Assembly (NCBI GenBank): GCA_045837725.1
Contig: JBEWZL010000095.1
Span: 118,219 to 138,218, forward strand
DNA length: 20,000 nt
Direction of reading: 5' to 3'
From: Vermamoeba vermiformis
Lineage: Eukaryota
How positions within the stretch are numbered: position 1 is the first letter of the stretch; each line of letters begins with the position of its first letter. Under the pieces are notes generated by a model that saw nothing but the letters and a program-made list of their open reading frames with translations, searched no databases and was not told where the DNA came from. The position numbers were made by a program, and so were the translations under genes. Shown piece after piece: positions 1 through 10,685 of this stretch.

Positions 1-20
1 GCAACCAACGCGTTACTTAC

Positions 21-354
21 ACCTGCAGGAACTCATCTATTGGAAACTTGGCGTAAAAATCTTTGAGATCAAGCTTGCTGCCGAGTTTAGCCACCGTTTT
101 AACGTGCTTGAATTTATCGCGCAGTGGCACATCTGATCGCAGGACTGATATGGCCTCTTGCAATTGTGCGGCTGTAATAGTCGTTATTAAATTGTAATAA
201 TAAGTTGAAATTTATTCTCGTCTGATCGAGAGGAATATTCAGAAATTTGCATTCATTGTAGTATATATGATGCATATGTAATTTAAATAATATAAATTGA
301 TCATATTAATATTGTTGGTGTGATTGAGTTGTTGGATGTACCTTCGTCGCTCAT
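21..354 (-). CDS. 5' end of a gene running off the left edge; N-terminus resembles Ral GTPase-activating protein alpha subunit
   Basis: Exon 354-342 (ATG AGC GAC GAA G|gtac) splices in frame to exon 171-21 (tacag|...|gtaagt). Product: MSDEAAQLQEAISVLRSDVPLRDKFKHVKTVAKLGSKLDLKDFYAKFPIDEFLQV. The 'KHVKTV...DLKDFY' pattern recalls the RalGAPalpha N-terminus (LKHLRIV...DLKQFF), from memory only. Confidence 0.45.
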
Positions 355-559
355 TATTGAACAACCGTAATTATAATTGCTGTGTAATTATAGGGCCATG
401 TCCTATGACCAGTACGAGTGACTGTCAATGCACTGGTCGCGTATTAATCAATATATCAATCGTAATTGAACTGATTTTTTTGTCACCGCAAATTTCACTT
501 CAGATTTTTATTGATAAAACGCCTATAATACAACACACTAGGGGCGAGAGACACGCCAC

Positions 560-1634
560 TCATTCGATCGCATTCAACTGCAGTTCGTTCACACTGCGCG
601 AGAGTTGTTCTTCGAGGTCTAGCAGCTCTTGTTTAGCCTCTTCAATCTTCACTTGCGCTAAGGTCAGATCCTGCCCATCAAACTGTCAATAATGGCGCGA
701 CACACTAGTATAATACTCACAGGAGGCAGTTGATGGTAGCCTTTGAGCAGACCGAGCTTGGGCGCAGTTTCTTGTTTGATCCGCACGAGTTCAGTGTGCA
801 TCTGCTTGAGACTCTGATGATACAGCTCAGGTGTGACGCCAGTGCCCTTCAACTGCTCCTTCAGCTTGCCGAGGGTCTGTTCGTACTCCTGGCTCTTGCT
901 CTCGAGGTACTTCAAGTTCTTCAAGCGGTTTTGTACCGTGCTCAGCTGATTCGCTTGTGCCTCTTCGAGCTGCTGCAGCAATCTAACGCAATGCGTGAGT
1001 AGGGATGCTGTGCGACTAATATACTCACTTTTTGGCGTGCGTAAAGTCTTCCAGTGCGGTCTTGCTTTGTGTTTGCAAATAGTTCAGATGTTGCTCGAGG
1101 TCAGTTTTGAAGCGGATCTGCTCTGAATGTTCACTGCGCTGCTGGTATAGGCTCGATACGAGTACTGTAAGAGTGCAGTTGTGTGCTCCGAGCTAAATAC
1201 AACGTTAATTTGACTTATTAACAGCTAATTCATCCACGTACCAAGACAGTCAGATGTGCTAACAGTTCACTCAGCTCAAACACGCGCTGATAAGGTGATT
1301 GATATGTATTGGTATTGCCAGTGGCTATTTTATCGCGCTTCAGTCCCAATCCTTCGAGCAGCTTCTCTTTTCTATTCGCTGCAATAAATCATTAATTTTA
1401 ATTAGATCGCCTCTGTAACTCACCTTCATCTTGATATTCCTGGGCGAGCCTATTGTTGTTATTTATGATGATTTGTTGTTCGTGATTACGTCGCTTGTTC
1501 TTGAGTGCCAGTTCATACAAAGCAGATACAGTTTGATCGTTGATCTCAAATTCTGGCACTGCGCGGTCTTTGAACACCGTTTTCAACCAACTGGTAACTA
1601 CAGTTAGTTTGCTATCATATCCAATCTCTGACAT
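560..1634 (-). CDS. HAUS1: HAUS augmin-like complex subunit 1, 5 exons, about 294 aa
   Basis: Exons 1634-1424, 1378-1242, 1192-1029, 982-721 and 670-560, all GT-AG and in frame. The N-terminal VTSWLKTVFKDRAVPEFEINDQTVSALYEL and C-terminal YHQLPPDLTLAQVKIEEAKQEL match HAUS1 signature segments. Confidence 0.9.
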
Positions 1635-1808
1635 GGTGCTGTGGTGTGATAAATTTAAATTAATGATCAAAGCAGAAAAGGCGCGAAAAATACGGGCCCC
1701 ACGCGAACATTTTCGTGTCGAACAGCGAGTCAATTCTTAGTTCACGATCAACGCGTCAAACAATAACTGTAATACAGTACCAGACCTAATGATCAGCAAG
1801 CAGTTCGG
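1635..1808. promoter_or_regulatory. Probable bidirectional promoter (HAUS1 / kinesin fusion)
   Basis: Divergent start codons are only 174 bp apart. Promoter function is inferred from the geometry. Confidence 0.55.
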
Positions 1809-4800
1809 ATGTTGAAATTAGATGGGCTCTCAAGTCAAGACTCCGCAGTGCGTGTCGTGCTGCGGTTTCGACCAACTGAAAAATCAAGTTCAAATTTTTT
1901 AAAAATAGACAAAGACAAGCAAACAGTGCACATCAGCACCGAACTACCAGCTACGGTAAAAGTCAGTCGGGATCTGCCGATAATTTTCATTATTTTTTTA
2001 AAATCACTCAAAATTAATCGATCCCTACATAGCGATTCAATTACTTTAAAAACTAATATTATTTTATTTTAAGACTCACTCGCGACGTCATTCGATAAGC
2101 ACCACTACCAAAACTGATTTTCATCGTTTTGTATTTGACCGTGTATTCGCAGAGACCGCTACACAAGAAGAAGTACGCATCGCACATATACAATAAGACT
2201 AGGCAGGACACTAACAGTACTGTTGACAGGTGTACAATGAAACTGCCGCGCCCCTCGTGGATGGTGAGTGACACGCAAGACATTTCTTGAGACCAGCGAC
2301 TAATAGCAGGCCATTCATATAGACATCCTGCGCGGATTCAATGCGACTATATTCGCGTACGGCCAGACAGGGTCAGGCAAGACGTACACTATGCAAGGCC
2401 CCTCGATCGAGGACCCCGCGCACCAAGGTCTGTGTCCGCGCCTGATCACACATCTGTTTGATCGCATTGAAGAGATGAAGACCAACAAGGACGTCGAGCT
2501 CATATTGAAAGTGAACTGCATTGAGATCTATCAAGAGCGCATCAACGACCTCTTGGATCGCACGCGTGAAAATTTAAGGCTGCGTCACCACCAAACACGC
2601 GGCTTTTACGTGGAGAAGTGTTCGGAGATCTACGTGAACAGTGCGCGCGATGTGATTGAGCTGATGAAGCGTGGATTTGGCAACAGACGCACGGCCTCGA
2701 CGAACATGAATGCCGAGAGCAGTCGCAGTCACAGCATCTTCATCCTGCACCTGACGCAGCAGCACTTGAACAAAGAGATCAACAGTCGACTCATTTTGAT
2801 TGACTTGGCTGGCTCTGAAAAGGTAGGCAATTTTCTGTGCAGACTTATCTTTGCAATCATTTTTCGTTGGTGGCACGCTTGTTCACTGAACGACGTGTCA
2901 TCTGTATGTAACTCGTAGTATACACCGCTTAGAGGACGATACTGACGTGAGTTTTTTGCGATGGTTATATTTATTACTATAAACAGGTGAGCAAAACAGG
3001 CGCTGAAGGCCAAACACTGGAGGAGGCCAAGACGATCAACAAGTCGCTCCTCACCCTCGGCAACGTCATCAACGCGCTCACTGAAAAGAATGTACGTGCG
3101 AGTCACTGAATGACACCTGTCACTCGAATCACGTGATCTCATTGGTTGTTTGTCACAGACCTTTGTGCCCTACAGAGACAGTGCGCTGACCTTGCTGTTG
3201 AAAGAGTCGCTCGGTGGTAACTCCAAGACGACGCTGATCGTGAACTGTTCGATGGACGCGTACAATGCCAGCGAGACACTCAACACGATGCGATTCGGTC
3301 AGCGCGCCAAGCGTATTGAGAACAAGCCCAAGATCAACATGGAACAGACTGTCGGCGAACTCAAGCAGCAACTGGAAGCCGTGCAGCACGAGTACAGGTC
3401 TGTATTTGACACGTGTCACTCCCCGAGTGCATCGACTGACAGGTTGACAGTGCACTGCTGCTCCACAACAGAATTCTGTCGCTGCTGTCACTCACCAGGG
3501 CTGAGTTCACACCGCGCGAGCACGTGATTCACTGGCCAATCGAGGACTCGGCGGAGAGAACACGTGATCCACGCCCTAGTGCCACTGTCAGTCACGTGCT
3601 CGAGATGCCAATGCCGCCCTGGGCACCGGTCTCGTGGCCCGCGACACCACGTGGCCCTGTCACACCACGTAATGAGCCTGAGCCAGTGTCTATTATTCCG
3701 CCGGACTTGTCACGAGTTATTCCGCCACCACTTGTGATTGGTGCGCTATCAAAGAGCACGTTCGGTGAAGAGAGAGATGTCAAAGTGCGACCTCCGCAGA
3801 TCAGTGCTGCAAATCCGTTCAATCCACCAGGGCTCTCTGCTGCCATGTGGAACGATCACGTGACATTCGACGATACACCCAATGCCACGTGGCAGGATCT
3901 TCGAGAGCAGCCAGATCGAGAATTCAATTCTCCGACAGCAGTGCCAGCACAGATCACGTGTCAAGCACCGCCAATGATGCAGTTTGAGGAAGAAGTGACT
4001 GAACCCGAAGAGGATCTAAAAATAGTGCTAGAACGACGCAACAGTTCGCTAAAAAAGGAAATGGAATCTTTGCAACGAAACAAGTCGAAAGAGGCCGAAG
4101 AATTGCAGGCAAAATTGACAGAACAGCAAAGACTGGTCGAAGAGTTGCAAAAGCAATTACTCTCCGCACGGAGATCTCGTTCACTGATTGGCCACGTGAT
4201 CTACAACGCTTTGCTCGTGGTCTTGGTGGCACTTGTGTTCGCAGCTGGCGTGTATCTCGCGCCAAATATAGATCCTTCGCTCACCTCGTGCAGTGACACG
4301 TCACGTGTGTTTAGTTACGACATCTACTTTGACACATTGGGTCTGACACCTTCAGCCTCAAGTCACGTGGTCAAACAGCGGTATCGAGAGCTCTTGCTGC
4401 AACTGTAAGCTATTTTTAGCCCCCACGTGCTCTTCTAACATGTCTTGTTTAGACATCCGGACAAAAATCCGCACTGCGATGACGCGTGTCATAATCAACT
4501 TCACAACGTGAAATTTTCCTATGACGTGCTGTCACTCGCAAAGTTTCCCAAAGATAGCATTGATGACAAGGCTGTGGAATGTCAATGTGCCACCTGTCCT
4601 GAAGTCCAATGTCCGGAGGCTGTTAAGTGTCCCGAACCCGTCACGTGTCAATGTCCGACTCCCGCGGAGTGCCCCTCAACGACCTCTACGGAGTGTCACT
4701 GTCCACAACTCACATGTCCTGATCCTGTCACGTGTCAATGTCCGGAGTCTGTTAAGTGCCCTGAACCAGTCGCGTGTCAATGTCCGACTCCTACCGAGTG

Positions 4801-6046
4801 TCAATGTCCAGCCCCCGTGGATTGCGACAAGTCACGTGAAGAGTCCCTGGCAGAGCTAAATATAGTGCTGCGCGAGTCACTTGAAAGCTGTCAACGTCAA
4901 GTCAAGCACTGTCAAGAACAGCTCATTCATGAACAAAGTGTCGTACGTGACTTGGAGCTAAAAATAGAACAGTTCCAGCCCACCGTCGTGGTGGTGCAAG
5001 AATCTCGTCCGGAGATCGCAGTGCCCGACTGGAAAGAAGACAGTTCGCTGCAGTGGATGTTGGAAGAGGAGAAGAAGAAGCAGCTCGGACTGATCACCAC
5101 GCACTACCACTTCACGTACTGGCACACTGCCACCGAGCACTCGGACAGACTCGATCACCTCGCTGCTGGACTCAACGACGCACTGAAAGTGAACGCTGAG
5201 TTCCATTCACGAATGCGAGCGAGTGACGGAGAAGACGCGGAGATGACTGCCAAATATGGCATTAACGCTGACCAGCCGTACGTGGTGGCTGAGACAACCA
5301 TAACGATCGTGTCACGTGACGATGAACAGCAGCAACAAATGAAGACTGTCATGACTTTCCCTGGGCCGTTCTCCGACCAAACATTCCAGCAATTATTGCA
5401 CAATTTCCTTAATTGGCAAGCATCGGAACATATCCTGCTCGGAGATTTCGATACATTGCCATGTTTGTCCACAGGAGCACGTGCTCAGCAGTACTGCGTG
5501 ATCATGATGGCAGACACTATGTCGCGCAGCAGTTTTGATCTGGGCTCGCGCATCTTGAAGTACTTGGAACTCACTTCGCAATTCACTGAACGAAGTGTCA
5601 ATCTGCCACCCGACGTCGAGTTTGCATTCCGTCTCATTGACACAGGCCGCAAAGAGAGTCTCTACGACCACATGTCCCGCGATCTCGAGCTCGTGTCCAA
5701 TGCACACATGCAGCTGCATCACCAGCTGATTGTAGTCTCGCTGCACACGGCACAGTTCTGGCAGTACGATCGACCACTCACCTTCCAGCGTGCCACCGAC
5801 TACCCGGCACTGCGCACGTGGTTCAACAAGATTGTGCGCGCGATTGAGCGGGGACAAGACGAGGACAGTGCTGACAAATCGGAGCGAGTGCCCGCAGAGC
5901 CCGCGAAGGTAGATCTGGCGCTGATCGAGTACACACGCCGTCGTCACTCGCCTGTGAGCACAGTGGTCTCGTACGGTGTGACGATAGGCCTCGCAGTCAA
6001 CTTCTTGTTGCGCCTCACTCGCCGTGCCCTGCAATTGCTGGGCTAA
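1809..6046 (+). CDS. Kinesin-1-like motor fused to TM helix, DnaJ domain, Cys-Pro repeats, DNAJC16-like region and C-terminal hydrophobic segment; 8 exons, about 1225 aa
   Basis: Exons 1809-1961, 2074-2172, 2230-2263, 2323-2822, 2987-3091, 3159-3397, 3451-4404 and 4453-6046 total 3678 nt in frame. Motor motifs: [18 protein letters not shown] (P-loop), NAESSRSH (switch I), [15 protein letters not shown] (switch II), [21 protein letters not shown] helix [26 protein letters not shown] at about 4184-4262. J-domain YFDTLGL...[13 protein letters not shown]...YDVLS. Confidence 0.8.
4574..4825 (+). repeat. Cys/Pro-rich coding repeats (CQCP, VKCPEPVxCQCPTP) containing a ~65-nt duplication at 4607 and 4736
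   Basis: caatgtccggag(g/t)ctgttaagtg...gtgtcaatgtccgactcc occurs twice, 129 nt apart. The translation has about 20 Cys in about 85 aa. Confidence 0.85.
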
Positions 6047-6145
6047 GCTCACTTGTAATTAGCTTTGTAAATAGTTTCGAATGGGTTTAATAAATACGCG
6101 TTGAACTCAATCAACAACAAAATTGAACAATAAATACAAGGCAGT

Positions 6146-9137
6146 CTACTTGGAGGATGAGGATGAAGAGGAAGATGACGAGGAGCTCTCTTCGTCCTTG
6201 GTGTGCGTGCTCTGTGCGTGGCCATTGCTCTCCGCGTGCACTTCAGTCTTGAGCTCGGTGGTGACGGGCACAGCTGGCTGGACTGCACTCTTGTCCTCTT
6301 TGTCGCTCTTCTTGTCCTCAGTCTGGGCCTGTGCGTGGTGCTTGTGTTCAGCGACACTCTCGGCCTTGACGTCACTCGTCACAGCCTCGCTGCTCTGTTT
6401 GACCTCGCTGCTCTGTTTGACCTCGCTGCTCTGTTTTATCTCGCTCTTCACTTCAGCACTCACGGGGACTGCAGGACTGGCACTCTTCTTGTCTTTCTTG
6501 TCCTTCTTGTCTTTCTTCTTCACCTCGCGCACGGACTCGCGCTTCTCTTTCTTCTCGGCAGCGTCCACTTTGACTTCAGCTTTCTTCTCTTCCTTGCTCT
6601 CTTTGTCTTTCTTCTTCACCTCGCGCACCGACTCGCGCTTGTCTTTGCGCGGTGAGGCCACGCTGTCGTCTTTCTTCTCCTCGCTCTTCTTGTCCTTCTT
6701 CTTCACTTCACGCACGGACTCGCGCTTCTCTTTGCGCGGTGACTTGCTCTCTTTGTCCTTCACTTCCAAGGTCGCGTCTTGTTTCACAGCGGCCTCCGTC
6801 TTGGCCTCGGTGCTCTTTGTCTCCTTCTTGCTCTTGCTCTTGGGACTCTTGGCACTCTTCTTGTCTTGCTCCTCGTCGCTCTTGTTCAGCTTGTCAGTCT
6901 TGCCTGCAGGACGCGGACTCAGCACTTTGGGCTCCTTCTTGCTCGTGCTGGTGCTGGGCACTGCAGCCACAGACATGGCACGTGCGCGCGTGCTGTTGTC
7001 CTCCTCCGACCACTCCTCCGAGCTGATCGAGTCGCGCTCGTTGGCTGGACGCGTGGGATCGTGCACCAACTTGCGCAACATGAAGTAGCGGAATCGCTTG
7101 GCGTAGTAGTCAGCGCGCACCGTGGAGAGTGTGGCCTCGTCCCAGACTATCTTCTTGAGCAGATTGGCGACCTTCTTCTTGAGCACGTAGGAGGTGAGGC
7201 AGTCGATGATGCCGATGAAGTAGATCTCTTGCTTCTGATCGCTCGGATTCGTGCCCACAAAGCCACCGAGCTCAAACACGTCTTGCACTGGCGCTGCGGT
7301 CTCTTTTTTGGGCTCGTCGTGCGCGGTGTTGTCCGTCTTCGCGTCCTCTTGCTTGCTGGCATCTTTCTTGCTGGCATCTTTCTTGGCCTCGTTGTCGCTC
7401 TTCTTCTCGTCACTCTGCTTGTCCTCTGGCTTCTTGTCCTCAGTCTGAGCAGCATCCTTCTTGTCGTCTGCTTTCTTGTCGTCGTCTTTCTTGTCGCTCG
7501 CGGAGCTCGAGGACGAAGAGGACGAAGAGGAGCTGGATGAACTGCGTGACTTGGTGACAGCTGTCTCGCTCTTGACTTGATTGGTGTTGTTGGGCTGTTC
7601 TGCGCTCGATGTGCTCGAGTGGTGCGTGGCTTCAGGGGACTGCTTGGACGCGTCCTTGGTGCTGTTGTCCTTATGATTGCTGTCCTTATGATTGCCGTCC
7701 TTAGTGTCGTGCACTTGGCGCTCCTGATCCGTGACGTAGTGCACACCGACCAGCAGCGAGTAGTCCATCACGTTGTGCTTCATCAAGAACTGCGCGGCAC
7801 CGTCAGTATTGCACTCCTATATATGCGCCCTAGTGTGTACTTACATCAATGTCTTGATTGAGCTGTTCGTAATAGAACTGCGTCACTTCTGGGGCACTGA
7901 AGTAGATCTGGCGCTGAATCTGGTTGTCTTTCACTGGTCCGCCACCCACTACTGGCGTGTTAGAGCGCTTGGGCTTGCGGCCTTTGAGATCATAGGTCTC
8001 GTCGATAGCTACGCCTGGTGGAAACACGTTCTTGAACACGAGCACCCAGATCTGCTTGGCAGGCGAGTACGTCAAGCGATAGAGGCCCACTACGCGCATG
8101 ATGAAGTTCTTAGGTGCGTCAGTGAGGTACTGGTGATAGTCCTTGAGCATGTCCATCATCACTCCGACTTCAGGGTGCAGCAACGTCTTGAAGAAGTAGT
8201 GCCGATCTTGCGTGCGATAGAACATGGAGCCACTGCGACCTGAAGACTGACTCAACTTCTGATCGGGTGCTGGATCTGCCCACGAAGCCTGTCACACACT
8301 CGTCAGTATATCGTAGCAACGCTATTATGGCAATTTCAATAAACTGCGAGACATGCAACGGTTGACAGATCGTACCAAATAATCGGGGGTTGTAATGCCG
8401 CAGAGACGACGGACATCGCGGAACACATGAGGTGCATAGTCTTTGAGTTGCAAAGCACCCTTTACTCTGTCAAAGAGGTGAGCTAAGAGCGGATGGATCT
8501 GGACAAAAAACATTGCAGTAATTCTAACTTACCCCTGAAACTCTTCGCTGACAGTGTGCGCAAAGTCCTCGCTCTTGACCTCTTTGACTTCATCGTACTT
8601 TTGGGCCTGCAATAATAATAAGCTGAATTAATACCGTTATTTTAATATTGAGCGGGTAGGCATTTGTATAATTAGCCGAGCAGTTGCAATTAATTTACTA
8701 GTAAATATACTCTATATTAATAGCCACAATAAATAACATGACATTAATTAATTAATGGCGCTCTGATCCTTACCGAGTGACGAATGCACAATATAATATC
8801 GCGAATAATTGACATCTTTGAGCGGCGCGTGAATGAAGGCACACACCTATATGAACAATACTAAATAACGAGCACTAATGTCACTGATTAAATATCACTC
8901 GTGGTGCTGTGCAGAACGAGCAGTCAATAACAACGGAGAATTATGTCACGCTGCTTGTACGCGAGGGGCGGCTAGCTGGCACAAAGCTGCGAATTCATGT
9001 TGCTGCAGTGTACTGAGAGTGTAGTGCACTTACTTGTGGCAGTACCATAGCTTTTTTTCTTTTTCATACGGATCAATCCGCTGATCTCGGCGAATCCGCT
9101 TCGCCACAGGGTCCTTGATGACGGTGGTCTTAATCAT
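6146..9137 (-). CDS. Phosphatidylinositol-phosphate kinase (PIP5K/PIP4K family) with a large low-complexity insert and a charged C-terminal tail
   Basis: Motifs: KDYAPHVFRDVRR, SSGRSGSMFYRTQDRHYFFKT, YDLKG, MDYSLLVGVH, YFIGIIDCLT...YAKRF. GT-AG introns join the pieces in frame. The putative first exon 9137-9034 joins in phase 2 to the exon starting at 8846; an alternative ATG lies at 8815. Stop TAG at 6148-6146. Confidence 0.88.
6380..6740 (-). repeat. Coding repeats in the PIP kinase tail: 3x KRESVREVKKKDK and 3x tandem 21-nt (EVKQSSE-like) units
   Basis: On the + strand, ttcttcttcac(c/t)tc(g/a)cgcac(g/c)gactcgcgctt occurs three times (about 6514, 6609, 6696), and ctcgctgctctgttt occurs three times at 21-nt spacing (about 6386-6445). 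Confidence 0.85.
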
Positions 9138-9302
9138 TGGCTATTAACTAGAATTGGACATTATTTCAAAACGACTCGGCATGATGTCTTTTCAAATTAA
9201 GCGATTTTCAAGTGAAATGCCGCGTGTAATTATGACGATCTGCCTCAAGTGAGCACCTCAAAGCTGCACATATTAATCGAAGTGAACATACAGTATTAAA
9301 AT
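9138..9302. promoter_or_regulatory. Probable bidirectional promoter (PIP kinase / YAE1)
   Basis: Divergent ATGs are 165 bp apart; this depends on the 9137 start being correct. Confidence 0.45.
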
Positions 9303-9849
9303 ATGGATGACGATTGGCTCGTAGATGAACAGGCATTAACTTCAGACAACTATCAGCAGTATGTCAGCGATCGAGAATGGAACTCGCTTAAAAATGAATT
9401 TACAAAGGTAATTAAATACAGGACTAACTATCAGGACTAACTGTTTCGTATTATATTCGATACTTCTCGTATAAATTATCTCACTATCAGATCTGACCCT
9501 CTTCCAGGCAGGCTACAGAGAGGGTGTGAAAGAGGGTGCAGATCGTGCGCGCCAAGCAGGGTTTGAAGTCGGATTCGCGCACGGGGGACCCTTGCTGCTG
9601 CACACGGGCTATCAGATTGGCCTGCTCGACACCCTCAAGACATTCTACGCGCGCAGTGACGCACCAGCACTCAGCGAACAGCAGCGCAGTGCCCTCGACG
9701 CACTAGTGGCAGAGCTCGCAGCCCTCGATGATGCGTCCTTGCTCGCTGAAGCAGATGGCGCGAGAACTCAACGTGCGGAGAGAATACAACGCCTCGCTGA
9801 TGAGCTGCAGCTAGGTAGCATTCCGAATGTGAACAGTACGAGCATATAA
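9303..9849 (+). CDS. YAE1: Yae1-family protein (Yae1/Lto1 Fe-S cluster adaptor for ABCE1), 2 exons
   Basis: Exons 9303-9407 and 9508-9849. Product MDDDW...REWNSLKNEFTKAGYREGVKEGADRARQAGFEVGFAHG carries the repeated GxxxG (Yae1_N) motif. Confidence 0.8.
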
Positions 9850-9960
9850 ATAGTATTGCTATTGTCTTCGTGGTCAATAGCGCTGTAAATAAACAAATTA
9901 CAATTCATTCATTTCGCGTGACTTGGACACTACTGCTCGTGACACTAACACCGCTGTTCT

Positions 9961-10685
9961 ATGACTTATAGCACTATCAAGCATCTGCAGAATCGCACTG
10001 GCAAATACAGTGCTGGACGTTTCGATTACTTGCAGCAATTAGTCACCGAGTTCACTGACACGGCAGATCTCGGTAAGTTTCAGCTGTAAAATTAATAGCA
10101 ACGTATTAATAGCATACTAGATGATAAAGTACAGATATTGGCGCACTTGGCGAATTTTGCGTACGATCCAATCAACTACGACCACCTGCTCAAGCTGAAT
10201 GTGCCCGAGCTGTTTCTCGACTGCTTGGAGGAAGACAATGCGCAGCTGATTGAATTCGCTGCGGCTGGACTCTGCAATATGGTGCTCGGTACGTCAGCTG
10301 CGCGTGTTGCCCTTCTCAAACAGCCACTAACCACCAGCCCCCCTCAGAGCCGCGTGTGTTGCAGTGCGTGGTGGAGAGTGACGGCGTGCGACAGTTGATT
10401 GCACTGCTCGCGAGTGAGGTGCTGAACACGGTGTTGAGTGCACTGCTCGCACTCTATTACATCGTCACTGCTCAGCCTGAACTCAAGCCTGGTACGTAGT
10501 GCTGACTTAGATACATCGATCACTATCATACGCCTACTGTCCTATCTTCACTGTATACTCACACTATATACACAGCAATTGCCACGCGCGCAGTGATGCA
10601 AGCGCTGCACAAGTACGCACAGGCCAGTCACACCGCACTGCGCAACACCGCTGCGATAGTGCTGCAGACACTCAGCGAGCAGTGA
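9961..10685 (+). CDS. ARMC7: Armadillo repeat-containing protein 7, 4 exons, 177 aa
   Basis: Exons 9961-10072, 10121-10288, 10348-10491 and 10576-10685. Signature RTGK...[12 protein letters not shown]...[19 protein letters not shown]...LFLDCL...EFAAAGLCN. Confidence 0.92.

Noticed and set aside
324-692. 122-aa + strand ORF
   Set aside because: TTG start; overlaps the antisense ends of two real minus-strand genes and AT-rich intergenic DNA.
4445-6046. Stand-alone 533-aa gene
   Set aside because: Starts at a TTG inside an intron and in the middle of a J-domain; splices in frame to the upstream exon.
6123-7088. 321-aa hydrophobic Ser/Leu/Phe-rich + strand ORF (and overlapping 6203, 6779 ORFs) resembling a membrane protein
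   Set aside because: Antisense shadow of the Lys/Glu-rich PIP kinase tail; starts at TTG and shows no independent gene signals.
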